From Candidatus Micrarchaeota archaeon (GTDB lineage: Archaea > Micrarchaeota > Micrarchaeia > Anstonellales > Anstonellaceae), in the NCBI GenBank assembly GCA_964650545.1, contig CAZYTZ010000002.1, forward strand, positions 1 through 61,685: 61,685 nt of DNA. Direction: 5' to 3'. This document shows, piece after piece, positions 25,856 to 34,932 of the stretch. How positions within the stretch are numbered: the stretch's first letter is position 1; each line of letters starts with the position of its first letter. The notes under the pieces are model-generated. The model saw nothing but the letters and a program-made list of their open reading frames with translations, was not told the DNA's origin and ran no database searches. The position numbers were made by a program, and so were the translations under genes.

Positions 25856-28800
25856 TCAGCCAACCTGGTTCACGATTTTGACGAATCCTGGCTTGATTTT
25901 GTACAGCTCGCCTTTGTAAATCAGGTCGTCTATCATGCGGCGAATAGTCATTTCATCCGTGATTCCCTCGTCGGTTGCCTGCGCGACCAAACGCGCGACC
26001 TCTATTGCGCCAAGCTGCGCCTGTATGCGCGCTGCAATTGCCATTATGGCGGTTATCTTGTCCACCTGGCTCTTTGGCCTGCCAGTTGCAATGATGTCAA
26101 TGTCAAGCTTGCCAGTCTCCCTGTCGCGGCTCACCTTCTCAAGCACGTACTCGGTAAGCCTTATGGCACGCTCGGCGTCAGAATCATCCACCGTGTCTGA
26201 AAGCCTGAGTTTTGCAGATGCCTCTGACAGGCGGACAAGCCCCTCAATCTGCCTTGGCGTGATGGGCACTGCGCCATCCGCCTTGCCCTTTTTGCGCAGC
26301 TCAACATAGTAATCCTTTATTTTTTTCATTGCCGTGTCGGTGAGGCGCGGGCGGAAATGCTGGCGCGCATAGGAGATGTACTTGCGCATGAACGCCTTTG
26401 GGAGGACGTTCGGGTCCACTTCTGCCTTGTCGGCAGCTTCTGAGCCTGCTGCGTGCGTTTTCAGCATGAAATCCGCAAGCGCGGCGTCCTTCACTTCATC
26501 CATGACGTCGATAACCGGGAAGATGAGGTCAAAGCGGGACAGGATGGTGGGCGGGATGTCGAATTGCTTGCCTGGGAGCTGGTTGGGGTCGAATCTTCCG
26601 AACTTGGGGTTTGCAGCCGCAAGAATCGAGGTTTTTGCCCTGAATTGCGCGACAATGCCTGCCTTTGCCACCGAGACCGTATTATGCAGAAGGGCACACT
26701 CGGATATGAATGCCTTTGTCGGGCCGGCGCCAACATCGTAAACCCATTCCACCCCGTCATTTTTCACTGTTTCAACTGACTTTATCCTGCAGAAGCGAAT
26801 TTCGGAATTGAGCAATTTTTCCAGCCGCTCAAGTTCAGGTTCGCAAGCGAGGATGCGCGAGCAGCATTTCCCCAGCTTTTCCTTATAGCGCCCTTCCATC
26901 ACAGCATGCCTTTCCCAATAGCCGACAAGGGAGCGCTGCATTGCACCGCCTATGTCGGCTTGTGAAATTCCAAGCTTTTTCCTGTTGGCAGCAAGTTTCC
27001 TGATGCTTAGATGGCTTATTTGGAGGTGGAAATCCTTGATATTTTCCAGCCTCTGCCGCATCGCAGCAAGCGCTTTCGTGAACATCGGGCGGGAGAATGC
27101 GGGCTGGGACGGGCTTACAACACACCCAAACACGCGCGTGCCTGCAAGCTTCAGCTTGGCAGCAAAGGAAAGAAGCGTCTTGCCCTGCACCGGCACGGAC
27201 TCGGAATAGGAAAATCTGCGGCTGGCTTTGCCCTTTGCCTTTGCCCTGATGCAGCCCTCAAGTTTTTTCTGTTTTCTTTTCGATACAAAGCCGACTTTGG
27301 ACGAGAAGCGCAGCAAGTTGCCTTCACCCGTTGAGTAAAGCCTGAATACATTGCTATCCCTGATGATATGCGCTTCCACTCCGAAGCGCAGCAGCAGCGT
27401 TTGCACCTGCTCTGCAAGGCGCAGGTTCCCGCAGGCAAGGCTCAGCGTCCCGTTGTTGCTGATGCTCCCGTCACCTTCGAAGATGGCGCTGAGGAATTCC
27501 CGGGCGCATTCGTCATTGGCAGCCATAAGGTGCTCAGGCAAAGCCTTTTTGCTGCCCTTTTCCATCAGCAATGGGCCAATGCCCATGACGGTTTCCACTG
27601 CATCCATGGATGTGAGCCTTGCAGCCCCTACGCCTGTCCGCGAGTCAGTGGAAAGAGAGAAATGCGAGTGGAAGATTGGCTCTGCCGCGCCCAGATAGTC
27701 CTCGATTATGTCTTCGTCCTTGTTCCAGAAGTTTATTCCGTTCTTTTTTCCGCGGTTGAGCTCATAGCCGCCATCGCTTATGTGGTAGCCGAGAAACTTG
27801 AAAAGGTGCAGGTCTGCAGAGGTATTAGCTGGCGGGCAAATCGGGAGCCGTGAAGGAATGGTGGTAAAGTCGCGGCACTTAAGCTCGGATGCTGGCTTGG
27901 TGGAAATATCGCTTCCATCCAATGCCCAGAATGGATGTTCAGGGGTAACAATAAGGGTGCGCCCGTTCTGCAGCGTGACTTTTATGAAATGCCCCGGTGC
28001 CTTGTGCTTGCTGACTTGGGATATGTTGATTGGATATATTCTTTCAAAATCGCTTGTAAGCACATTGATGCCTTCCAATCCGCTGTCAAGCACGAGGCAG
28101 TCCTTGCCGATTTTCACCCTGCTGCGGTTTTGCGAAAGCAGCCCCTCCACAAACCCGCCCATCATCACTTCCCTGCCGTCCGCAAGCATCAGCTTTGTTG
28201 ATGGGTGGTAACTTTGGCTCTCCATTACCTCGTGCATTGCAGCCCGCTCGCCCTCGTCTATCTTGTCAAACTCGTCAACAGACGCAATGCCGCCTGATGC
28301 AATGACCAATGCGCCGGCTTTCAGAGTCCAGCCGCCGTCGCCCAAGTCGTCCTTCTCGGCAGACGCAGTCAATCCCACGCCAGTCACCGACTTGCCTGAC
28401 ACGAATATGCCTTTTGGCGCCAGGTCTTTCACATACTGCAGGAAACGGGTTTTGGCAGTGCCTGGGTCGCCGATAAGAAGGATGTGTATGTCGTTCCTGA
28501 TGGGCGCGCCGCCCGGGATGAACTTGTCCTTGGTGCCGCCGAAAAGCTGCAGCGTGAGCGCTTCTTTCACCTCGTTGTGGCCGTAGATTCCTTGCGCCAC
28601 CGAGGCATACATCTTGTCGTATATTTTAGGGTCGGTTGCAAGCTCGCGTATGCGCTCCTCGTCCTCTTTGGTAGTCTCTATTTCCTCAAAGTCCTTCTGC
28701 GTTTTTTTCGCATAGACAACGTCGATGTAGCGCGTGTATATCTGCGTGCCTTCGCCTGCGCCTGAGCGCGGCTTTGAGGGCGGGATGAGCCTCATCACGC

Positions 28801-29470
28801 CGGTTATCTCAATGGTGTCGCCGGGAGTCACCCTGTTCACCAAGTCGTCCTCCATCCAAAGCGTGATGGTGGCGGCAGGCGAGCCGCCTGTAAGCCTTTC
28901 AAGAAGCTCCTGCGCCTCGGCTTTTTGCACATCCACGAAGTATGAGTCTTCCTCCTCAAGCTTGAGCGCGCGGCGCTTGCATTCCGAGCACACCTGGGGC
29001 ACCACCGAGTGCTTGGTCGTGGGCACCTTGGTGGTGGCATCGCACATCTGGCACTTGTAGACAGCCACTTTTACCTTGTGCAATATGGGCCCCCGCTTGG
29101 TCACCACGCCCTTTACAGAGATGAGCTCGCGGATGTTTCTCGAGCCGATGTCCTGGATGAGAAGCCCCGCGTCGGGCAGGTTGAAAAAGCGCACGTGCGG
29201 CTCGAACGCCGCATCCTGGTGCGAGGTCTTGAAAGCGACTTCCTGCGATTGCACGAGTGCAAGCTCTGCCGCATTGATGAGCGTGTCTGGCTGCTTGACC
29301 AGCAGGTCTGCAAGCTCGCGGTCGTATTTCTCCAGGTCCTCATAGTCCACAACAAGGCTTTTTTGCACAGGGTACTCGGTAAGCAGCTGGTTTATTTTCT
29401 CGCGCAGCGCATCTGAATAGAAGGATTCAAACTTCTCCACGTAAGATGATATGTCTATATCTGATGGCAT
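25856..29470 (-). CDS. mcm: MCM replicative helicase, interrupted by one intein
   Basis: It has a Zn-finger (CQMCDATT...CSECK), Walker A (IGDPGTAKT), Walker B (VDEFDKI) and, after the intein, TVSVAKAGIV...SRFDLIF (arginine finger). The exteins sum to 693 aa. Confidence 0.95.
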   Translation of the reverse strand: MPSDIDISSYVEKFESFYSDALREKINQLLTEYPVQKSLVVDYEDLEKYDRELADLLVKQPDTLINAAELALVQSQEVAFKTSHQDAAFEPHVRFFNLPDAGLLIQDIGSRNIRELISVKGVVTKRGPILHKVKVAVYKCQMCDATTKVPTTKHSVVPQVCSECKRRALKLEEEDSYFVDVQKAEAQELLERLTGGSPAATITLWMEDDLVNRVTPGDTIEITGVMRLIPPSKPRSGAGEGTQIYTRYIDVVYAKKTQKDFEEIETTKEDEERIRELATDPKIYDKMYASVAQGIYGHNEVKEALTLQLFGGTKDKFIPGGAPIRNDIHILLIGDPGTAKTRFLQYVKDLAPKGIFVSGKSVTGVGLTASAEKDDLGDGGWTLKAGALVIASGGIASVDEFDKIDEGERAAMHEVMESQSYHPSTKLMLADGREVMMGGFVEGLLSQNRSRVKIGKDCLVLDSGLEGINVLTSDFERIYPINISQVSKHKAPGHFIKVTLQNGRTLIVTPEHPFWALDGSDISTKPASELKCRDFTTIPSRLPICPPANTSADLHLFKFLGYHISDGGYELNRGKKNGINFWNKDEDIIEDYLGAAEPIFHSHFSLSTDSRTGVGAARLTSMDAVETVMGIGPLLMEKGSKKALPEHLMAANDECAREFLSAIFEGDGSISNNGTLSLACGNLRLAEQVQTLLLRFGVEAHIIRDSNVFRLYSTGEGNLLRFSSKVGFVSKRKQKKLEGCIRAKAKGKASRRFSYSESVPVQGKTLLSFAAKLKLAGTRVFGCVVSPSQPAFSRPMFTKALAAMRQRLENIKDFHLQISHLSIRKLAANRKKLGISQADIGGAMQRSLVGYWERHAVMEGRYKEKLGKCCSRILACEPELERLEKLLNSEIRFCRIKSVETVKNDGVEWVYDVGAGPTKAFISECALLHNTVSVAKAGIVAQFRAKTSILAAANPKFGRFDPNQLPGKQFDIPPTILSRFDLIFPVIDVMDEVKDAALADFMLKTHAAGSEAADKAEVDPNVLPKAFMRKYISYARQHFRPRLTDTAMKKIKDYYVELRKKGKADGAVPITPRQIEGLVRLSEASAKLRLSDTVDDSDAERAIRLTEYVLEKVSRDRETGKLDIDIIATGRPKSQVDKITAIMAIAARIQAQLGAIEVARLVAQATDEGITDEMTIRRMIDDLIYKGELYKIKPGFVKIVNQVG
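26681..28213 (-). mobile_element. Intein (511 aa) with LAGLIDADG homing-endonuclease domain, inserted at the MCM 'MEQQ/TVSIAKAG' site
   Basis: The extein junction MESQ|S...ALLHN|TVSVAKAG restores the MCM consensus. The nucleophile is Ser1, the intein ends in HN, and the +1 residue is Thr. The LAGLIDADG motifs are FLGYHISDGGY and FLSAIFEGDGSI. An additional HTH-like segment reads KKLGISQADIGGAMQRSLVGYWER. Confidence 0.85.
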
Positions 29471-29561
29471 AGGCCCACACGCCTGCCCGAACCACTCGGG
29501 AGAGCCTTAGGACAGGAAATGATATAAATAGCTTTCCCAGCCGGCGTGCCGGTCATGCGGG

Positions 29562-30017
29562 CTATTGGGGGAAAGTGATGACTTTGGTGAAAAGCACCAC
29601 AGACTTCTGCGCGCGCGTCTCCTTTATTCCTGCAAAGCCATCCTCGACTATTATGTTCTCCCCTTGCGCCAATTCCGGCAAAACGCCGCAGGCACGGAGT
29701 ATCCATTCCGCATATTTGCCTGCAGCTAGCTTGACTTCCCTTTTGCTTGTCGACGCCAGCACAACGAAAGTGGTGTCGAGCATTGCTGCCCGTCCCTGCG
29801 TCACCTGGGACATCTCGTCCTCGCCTGGGTTGTGGACGAATCTGCGCGTGTCGCTTTTGCTCATGTTAAAGGAAATGAAGACTGAAGGTTCCTTCCACCC
29901 AGGAAAGCACCCTGCTGAAGCCGAGAAGAGCCTGTTTTGCAAAAGCTCAAGCCCGCCGCATGGAATCCCGAGCTTGGATGAGTTGCGCGCAATGTGCTCG
30001 AGATAGGTCTTCATCAT
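29562..30017 (-). CDS. Hypothetical protein
   Basis: Start at the internal MMKTYLEH. About 151 aa. No motif recognised. Confidence 0.45.
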   Translation of the reverse strand: MMKTYLEHIARNSSKLGIPCGGLELLQNRLFSASAGCFPGWKEPSVFISFNMSKSDTRRFVHNPGEDEMSQVTQGRAAMLDTTFVVLASTSKREVKLAAGKYAEWILRACGVLPELAQGENIIVEDGFAGIKETRAQKSVVLFTKVITFPQ

Positions 30018-30119
30018 GGCGACGCATCTTTCCTTGCTGGCAGGCTGCAGCGTTTGAAGTCGCATGCTGCCTTTCCTGATTGCAAGTGCTTAAAAACCTT
30101 CAATATAGAATTTACCACA

Positions 30120-31274
30120 ATGAAAAAACTCCATCTCACCCTCCTCGCTGCAGGCATGCTGCTTTTGCCGCTTGCAGAGGGAACAAAAGCAATGCCAAGC
30201 GCGCGCAGATGGCAGCCAGCGGCAGTTTCCAAGTTTTTCCAGCCCTCAGCATCAGCACCGGCTTTGGCGCACCTGAAAGGCGCGATGAAAAATTTCAGCG
30301 GAAATTTTTCAGAAGTGGAAATTCATAGAATTTCCACTGCGACCGGGAAGGAAAGGCAGAGGATGCAGGAATTTCTCATGAAAGACGCAGTTGTGGCATC
30401 AGTGCCGGGAATTGAGGCACTCATGCAAACCTTGCCAGGCCAGTGCATATTGTTCGACCTTTGCAGAATCTCAGGGGAGCGCGGGGCAAGCGACCTTACA
30501 GTGCTTGCTGTTGCAAGAAGGGCATTTGGCAAGTACGCAAAACTGCAGTCGTGCTTCCTGGATGCCTATGCCGCGCTGGCAGGCAACGGGGAGCTTTTGC
30601 CGGAGGAAAAGCTTGCAAATGCCGCAGTGGCATTCAGGATTGCAATGAACGACGGGAAAATCAAGTACGATGAAAACGTGAGGAACCTTGCAAGGGCGCT
30701 CTCTGGCGGCGTGGCAGGCTGCTCGCACTCGGGGATATTGCTGGCAGGCTTTTGCAAGGGAGTGGGGCTTGACATTGCGTTTGGCTATGGCTATTACTCC
30801 ACTGCGCCGGAAGCGCCGGGTCATGTCATTGTCGCGCTGCTCAACGGCAGCGGCATTTCGCACATCCTTGAGCCCACCACCTACCTGTTTGGCGAAATTG
30901 AATTCACCAACTTCAGGGTTGCAGATATGATAGGCATGGCAAGGGTGACTCTTTGGTCGAAAAGGAGCGAGCTTGTGGATAGGTACCGCGGGCTGGAAAG
31001 CCAAATGCTCAAAAAAGGCCCGGAGGGCATTGAGGAGAAGCTTGAGGCTTTCAAGAGGGAAATCGAGGCGATTGACGCAATGGATGCCATGCTGCAAAAC
31101 CCGAAAGACATTGTAAACATGGAAAAGGGAGTGTTCTCCTGGCCCATGTGGAGGGGGATAAACGTCGGCATATATGAAGGCTGGAAGTTCGAGTTCCTGC
31201 ATTATTCAGAATTCCCAGCGCTTTATTCAGGCGAGCCTTATTCGTGTTTTGGGGCGTTTGCATTTGGAAATTAA
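30120..31274 (+). CDS. Secreted transglutaminase-like cysteine protease superfamily protein
   Basis: Signal peptide MKKLHLTLLAAGMLLLPLAEGTKA. The core GCSHSGILLAGFCKGVGLDIAFGYGY...GHVIVALL...ILEPT fits the Cys-His-Asp/Glu transglutaminase-core spacing. Confidence 0.65.
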   Translation: MKKLHLTLLAAGMLLLPLAEGTKAMPSARRWQPAAVSKFFQPSASAPALAHLKGAMKNFSGNFSEVEIHRISTATGKERQRMQEFLMKDAVVASVPGIEALMQTLPGQCILFDLCRISGERGASDLTVLAVARRAFGKYAKLQSCFLDAYAALAGNGELLPEEKLANAAVAFRIAMNDGKIKYDENVRNLARALSGGVAGCSHSGILLAGFCKGVGLDIAFGYGYYSTAPEAPGHVIVALLNGSGISHILEPTTYLFGEIEFTNFRVADMIGMARVTLWSKRSELVDRYRGLESQMLKKGPEGIEEKLEAFKREIEAIDAMDAMLQNPKDIVNMEKGVFSWPMWRGINVGIYEGWKFEFLHYSEFPALYSGEPYSCFGAFAFGN

Positions 31275-31322
31275 ATGTGGTAAAGAGTATGTTTAAATAG
31301 GTTTCTAATCAGGAAAAAGGCT

Positions 31323-32738
31323 ATGCCAATAATAAAGCATGACTTGAGCAGGAGCAGGCGCGTGCACCAGTTTAACCCGACGAACGGCATCAATAAAGGC
31401 AGGACAGGCTATGGAGCGCTTTTCAGCGGGAAGGGGATTGTGGGGCTTGAGCCTGAGAAGTATGAAAATAAGAGGAAATGGCTGAAGGGAACACAGGCTA
31501 GCCTCAGGAAATTTTTTGGGCTTATGGACAAGGATCCCGAGCCGCTTGTGGAGGGTGGGCCTGCCGCTGAAAATGGCAAGCAAGGCAATGGAGCTTCGAA
31601 AACCCCGAAAAAGTGGAACACCGCCGGGGACTTGTTGGCAGGCACCTTCTTAAGGGAAACAAGGCAGGGCGTCAAGAACGCCACGCCATACCGGGAAGAT
31701 GTGAAAAAGGGCAGGATACCCAAGCTTGGCCTGTTCAGGAACGTCAAGAGACTGTGCGTGGCGACTATAGGGAAGCTTCATTACAACACATACGGCAAGG
31801 TGACCGCGTGGCAGCATGTCGAGATGCGCAATGGCACTGGAATGGGAGCTACGAAGATAGACGATGATGCCACGCTCAGGGAAAACCAGGGGAAAGCCCT
31901 GTTTGTGGCAAAAAAGGGCGTGGATTCAAAGTGGGCCATGAAGCACATTGGCAACAACATCATTTATGTTTCAGTGATTTATGCAGGGAGAAAAGAGCTT
32001 GCAGTGAAAAACTGGTATGGGAACGTGGTGAAAACCAGATTCCTGGAGAGGCTTGCGCAGGAACTGAACGCGCTTAAGGGGCTGGAAATGAGGAACGTAA
32101 AGCCGCTTGACAAGCTTGACAACTCCTGGCTTGCGCTCAAGGGGGAAGCTGTCCCCGAAATCCCGTCCATAGGCTGCAATGGGGAAGCGGGGTTCCTTGA
32201 AAAATTTGGCATCACCGTGGTGTTTGAAAAATTCCGCTCGACAGGCAAACGCTTGCTTGCAGACACGTATGTCGAAATAGTGTGCTCCATAAAGGAAAGC
32301 GACCTTGTCAAGCACGCGAAGGGCGAGGGAAAGACTCCGCAGGCATTCTTGGGCAAGTGCATAAACGCAGCCCACAGGAAAGCGGGCTTGGCGGTTGACG
32401 GCTCGCTGTTCCCGAACAAGTACGAGCTTGTGCTTTTCAACGCCGAGCCTAAGGCTGAAAGGAAGTCGGCTGAGCCTGCGGAAAAAGAGCCTGAGAAAGC
32501 GGCGGAAAATCAGGAAACGCCTGCTGAGAAGCAGCCTGTGCCAGCTGAAAGCAAGCCGGCTGCAACGGTGGAAAAGCAGGAAGCACCTGAGGCTGAAAAG
32601 CAGGAAGCTCCCAAAGAGGAAACGCCAGAACCGGCCGCTACAAGGAATATGACTGAGGCGTTATTTGGCAAAGGCATAAGCTTCCGCGACATGGAACCTT
32701 ACCGCCCGGAAACGAAAAAGCCCCCTTCTGCAGCCTGA
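31323..32738 (+). CDS. Hypothetical protein with Pro/Glu/Lys-rich C-terminal tail
   Basis: 471 aa. The tail is AEPAEKEPEKAAENQETPAEKQPVPAESKPAATVEKQEAPEAEKQEAPKEETPEP. Confidence 0.55.
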   Translation: MPIIKHDLSRSRRVHQFNPTNGINKGRTGYGALFSGKGIVGLEPEKYENKRKWLKGTQASLRKFFGLMDKDPEPLVEGGPAAENGKQGNGASKTPKKWNTAGDLLAGTFLRETRQGVKNATPYREDVKKGRIPKLGLFRNVKRLCVATIGKLHYNTYGKVTAWQHVEMRNGTGMGATKIDDDATLRENQGKALFVAKKGVDSKWAMKHIGNNIIYVSVIYAGRKELAVKNWYGNVVKTRFLERLAQELNALKGLEMRNVKPLDKLDNSWLALKGEAVPEIPSIGCNGEAGFLEKFGITVVFEKFRSTGKRLLADTYVEIVCSIKESDLVKHAKGEGKTPQAFLGKCINAAHRKAGLAVDGSLFPNKYELVLFNAEPKAERKSAEPAEKEPEKAAENQETPAEKQPVPAESKPAATVEKQEAPEAEKQEAPKEETPEPAATRNMTEALFGKGISFRDMEPYRPETKKPPSAA

Positions 32739-32866
32739 CGCCGGGGCGGCGATATAGCGGTCTCGCAAGCTGGCCCGACTGCTATCCCGCAAACCCGCAT
32801 ATTCCGCCGGTTTGCGATAGTGTTTTATTCACGCCTATTTCTAACCATACTTCGAGGTAGGTTCAT

Positions 32867-34867
32867 CTGGAAAAATTCTACATTACAACCGCAATCCCCT
32901 ATGTGAATGCTGCGCCGCACCTAGGGCATGTGCTGGAGTTCATCCAGACTGATGCCATTGCGCGCTACCAAAGGCTGCGCGGCAGGGATGTAGCGCTGGT
33001 GACAGGCGCGGACGAGAACAGCCTGAAAAACGTCCAGGCTGCGGAAAAGCTCGGGATAACCGTGGAGGAGCTTTGCAACAGGAATTCCACCCTGTTCAGG
33101 GAAATCGCGCGCAAAGTTGGGCTGACCTACACAAGCTTTCAGAGGACGTCGGACAAGGTGAAGCACTGGCCAGGAGTGCAGGGGCTTTGGGAGCTTTGCA
33201 GCAAGAAGGGGGATGTTTACAAGAAAAAGTACCGCGGGCTTTACTGCGTGGGCTGCGAGGCTTTCTACGAGCCTGACGAGCTTCCTGGCGGGGAATGCCC
33301 TGAGCACAAGAGCAAGCCTGAGGAAGTGGAGGAGGAGAACTATTTTTTCAGGCTGTCAAAGTACCAGCAAGAGCTTGAAAGGCTGATTGAAACAGATGAA
33401 CTCAAAATAGTCCCTGAAACGCGCAAGAATGAAGTGCTTAGCTTTGTGCGCGGCGGGCTGAAGGACTTTTCCATCTCGCGCTCTGTTGCTCGGGCAAAGG
33501 GCTGGGGCGTGCCTGTTCCAGGGAACCCTGAGCAGATAGAGTATGTTTGGTTTGATGCGCTTGGCACTTACATTACCGGCATTGGCTATGGCACTGATGA
33601 AAAAACGTTCGAGAAATACTGGCCGGCAGACGCGCACGTGATAGGCAAGGGAATATTGCGCTTCCACGCAGTCTACTGGCCTGCAATGCTCCTGTCCGCA
33701 GGCCTGCCGCTCCCAAAAATGGTTTTCGTCCACGGCTACATCACGGTGGAAGGGCAGAAGATGTCAAAGTCATTGGGGAATATCGTTGACCCGAATGTGC
33801 TCATTGAAAAATACGGCATTGACCCGCTGAGATACTGCCTTCTTTCCGCAGTGCCCACTTTTGAGGATGGGGACTTTTCAGAAAAAACGCTGGTGGAAAC
33901 AAACAACAACGAATTGCTTGCCAATATCGGAAATCTCGTGAACAGGACATTGGTTTTCGCTTCTCGCGAGTTTGAGGGCAAGGTGCCTGATTCTGCGCCT
34001 GATGATGAGGGCAAGGCATTCATTGAAGGGCAGAATGAAAAGTTTGCAGAGATTGCCGCGCTTCTTGACAATGTGCAGCTGAAAGACGCGCTGCATTTGG
34101 CAATGCACTGCGGCAAGGAGGCAAACGCATACTTCCAGAAAAGCGAGCCTTGGAAAAGCGCAAAGGAGAACAGGGAAAAGTGCGCATCGTCCATTTACGT
34201 GCTTCTGCACCAGGTAAAAGACCTGGCAATCGCGCTTGAGCCGTTCATCCCCAATGCCAGCGCAGCAATTTTCAAGCAGCTGGACGTGCCACCGAAGAAG
34301 TGGGATGACATTGGCAAGCTGTCGCTGCCTGCGGGGCACAAGCTTGGCAAGCCCGAGATTCTTTTCAAAAAAATTGAGAAGGAAAAGCCAGGTGAGAAGA
34401 AGCAGGAAGTTGCGCTTGACTTGGAAGTGGGCAAGATAACGGCCGTCAAAAGACACCCAAATGCAGAGAAGCTTTACATTGAAACCGTTCAGATGGGCGA
34501 TGGCGAAAGGCAAATCGTGTCCGGCGTGGTGCCTTACTACAAGGAGGAAGAGCTGCTTGGCAGGCTTGTTGTAATCGTGAAGAACCTCAAGCCCGCAGTG
34601 CTGCGCGGCATTGAATCGCAAGGCATGCTGCTTGCCGCGGAAAAAGATGGCAAGCTGGAAGTGCTTTCGCCCGTGGGGGCAAAGCCTGGCGACAAGGCAA
34701 CTCCGGAAGGCGAGGCTGCAAAAGAGGCAGGGGAAATAACGATTGACCAGTTCCTCACCGTGAAGTTTGAGGTGAAAGATCATTTCGCGCTTCTTGACGG
34801 GAAAAAGCTGCTTGTGAATGGCGCGCCTTTGAAGACGGAAAAGCTTGCCGAGGGCAAAGTCAGGTAA
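32867..34867 (+). CDS. metG: Methionyl-tRNA synthetase with C-terminal EMAP/Trbp111-like tRNA-binding domain
   Basis: (KFYITTAIPYV)NAAPHLGH (HIGH), KMSKS, and the C-terminal VGKITAVKRHPNAEKLYIETVQMG. The conserved N-terminal strand lies upstream of the first canonical start (GTG 32903). The 5' end is placed at an in-frame CTG, 8 nt after GAGGT. Confidence 0.9.
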   Translation: MEKFYITTAIPYVNAAPHLGHVLEFIQTDAIARYQRLRGRDVALVTGADENSLKNVQAAEKLGITVEELCNRNSTLFREIARKVGLTYTSFQRTSDKVKHWPGVQGLWELCSKKGDVYKKKYRGLYCVGCEAFYEPDELPGGECPEHKSKPEEVEEENYFFRLSKYQQELERLIETDELKIVPETRKNEVLSFVRGGLKDFSISRSVARAKGWGVPVPGNPEQIEYVWFDALGTYITGIGYGTDEKTFEKYWPADAHVIGKGILRFHAVYWPAMLLSAGLPLPKMVFVHGYITVEGQKMSKSLGNIVDPNVLIEKYGIDPLRYCLLSAVPTFEDGDFSEKTLVETNNNELLANIGNLVNRTLVFASREFEGKVPDSAPDDEGKAFIEGQNEKFAEIAALLDNVQLKDALHLAMHCGKEANAYFQKSEPWKSAKENREKCASSIYVLLHQVKDLAIALEPFIPNASAAIFKQLDVPPKKWDDIGKLSLPAGHKLGKPEILFKKIEKEKPGEKKQEVALDLEVGKITAVKRHPNAEKLYIETVQMGDGERQIVSGVVPYYKEEELLGRLVVIVKNLKPAVLRGIESQGMLLAAEKDGKLEVLSPVGAKPGDKATPEGEAAKEAGEITIDQFLTVKFEVKDHFALLDGKKLLVNGAPLKTEKLAEGKVR

Positions 34868-34932
34868 GCACGTTTTTCCACCTCTGCATACATTTTTAAA
34901 CAGTTCTAGGCAGGAAAAACAACGGTGCAAGA

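Noticed and set aside
30471-31202. 243-aa minus-strand ORF
   Set aside because: It is antisense to the transglutaminase-like gene, which has a signal peptide and a catalytic core. The antisense product is His/Pro/Arg-rich.
32440-32660. Tandem-repeat-like DNA (gaaaagcaggaagc...), checked as a possible CRISPR or satellite
   Set aside because: The repeats are short, imperfect and in frame within the 471-aa ORF, encoding a PEK-rich low-complexity tail. There is no repeat-spacer architecture. No CRISPR array was found anywhere in the window.
33878-34930. 350-aa minus-strand ORF
   Set aside because: It lies entirely antisense to metG, whose motifs (HIGH, KMSKS, the tRNA-binding domain) are unambiguous. 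Its composition is not protein-like.
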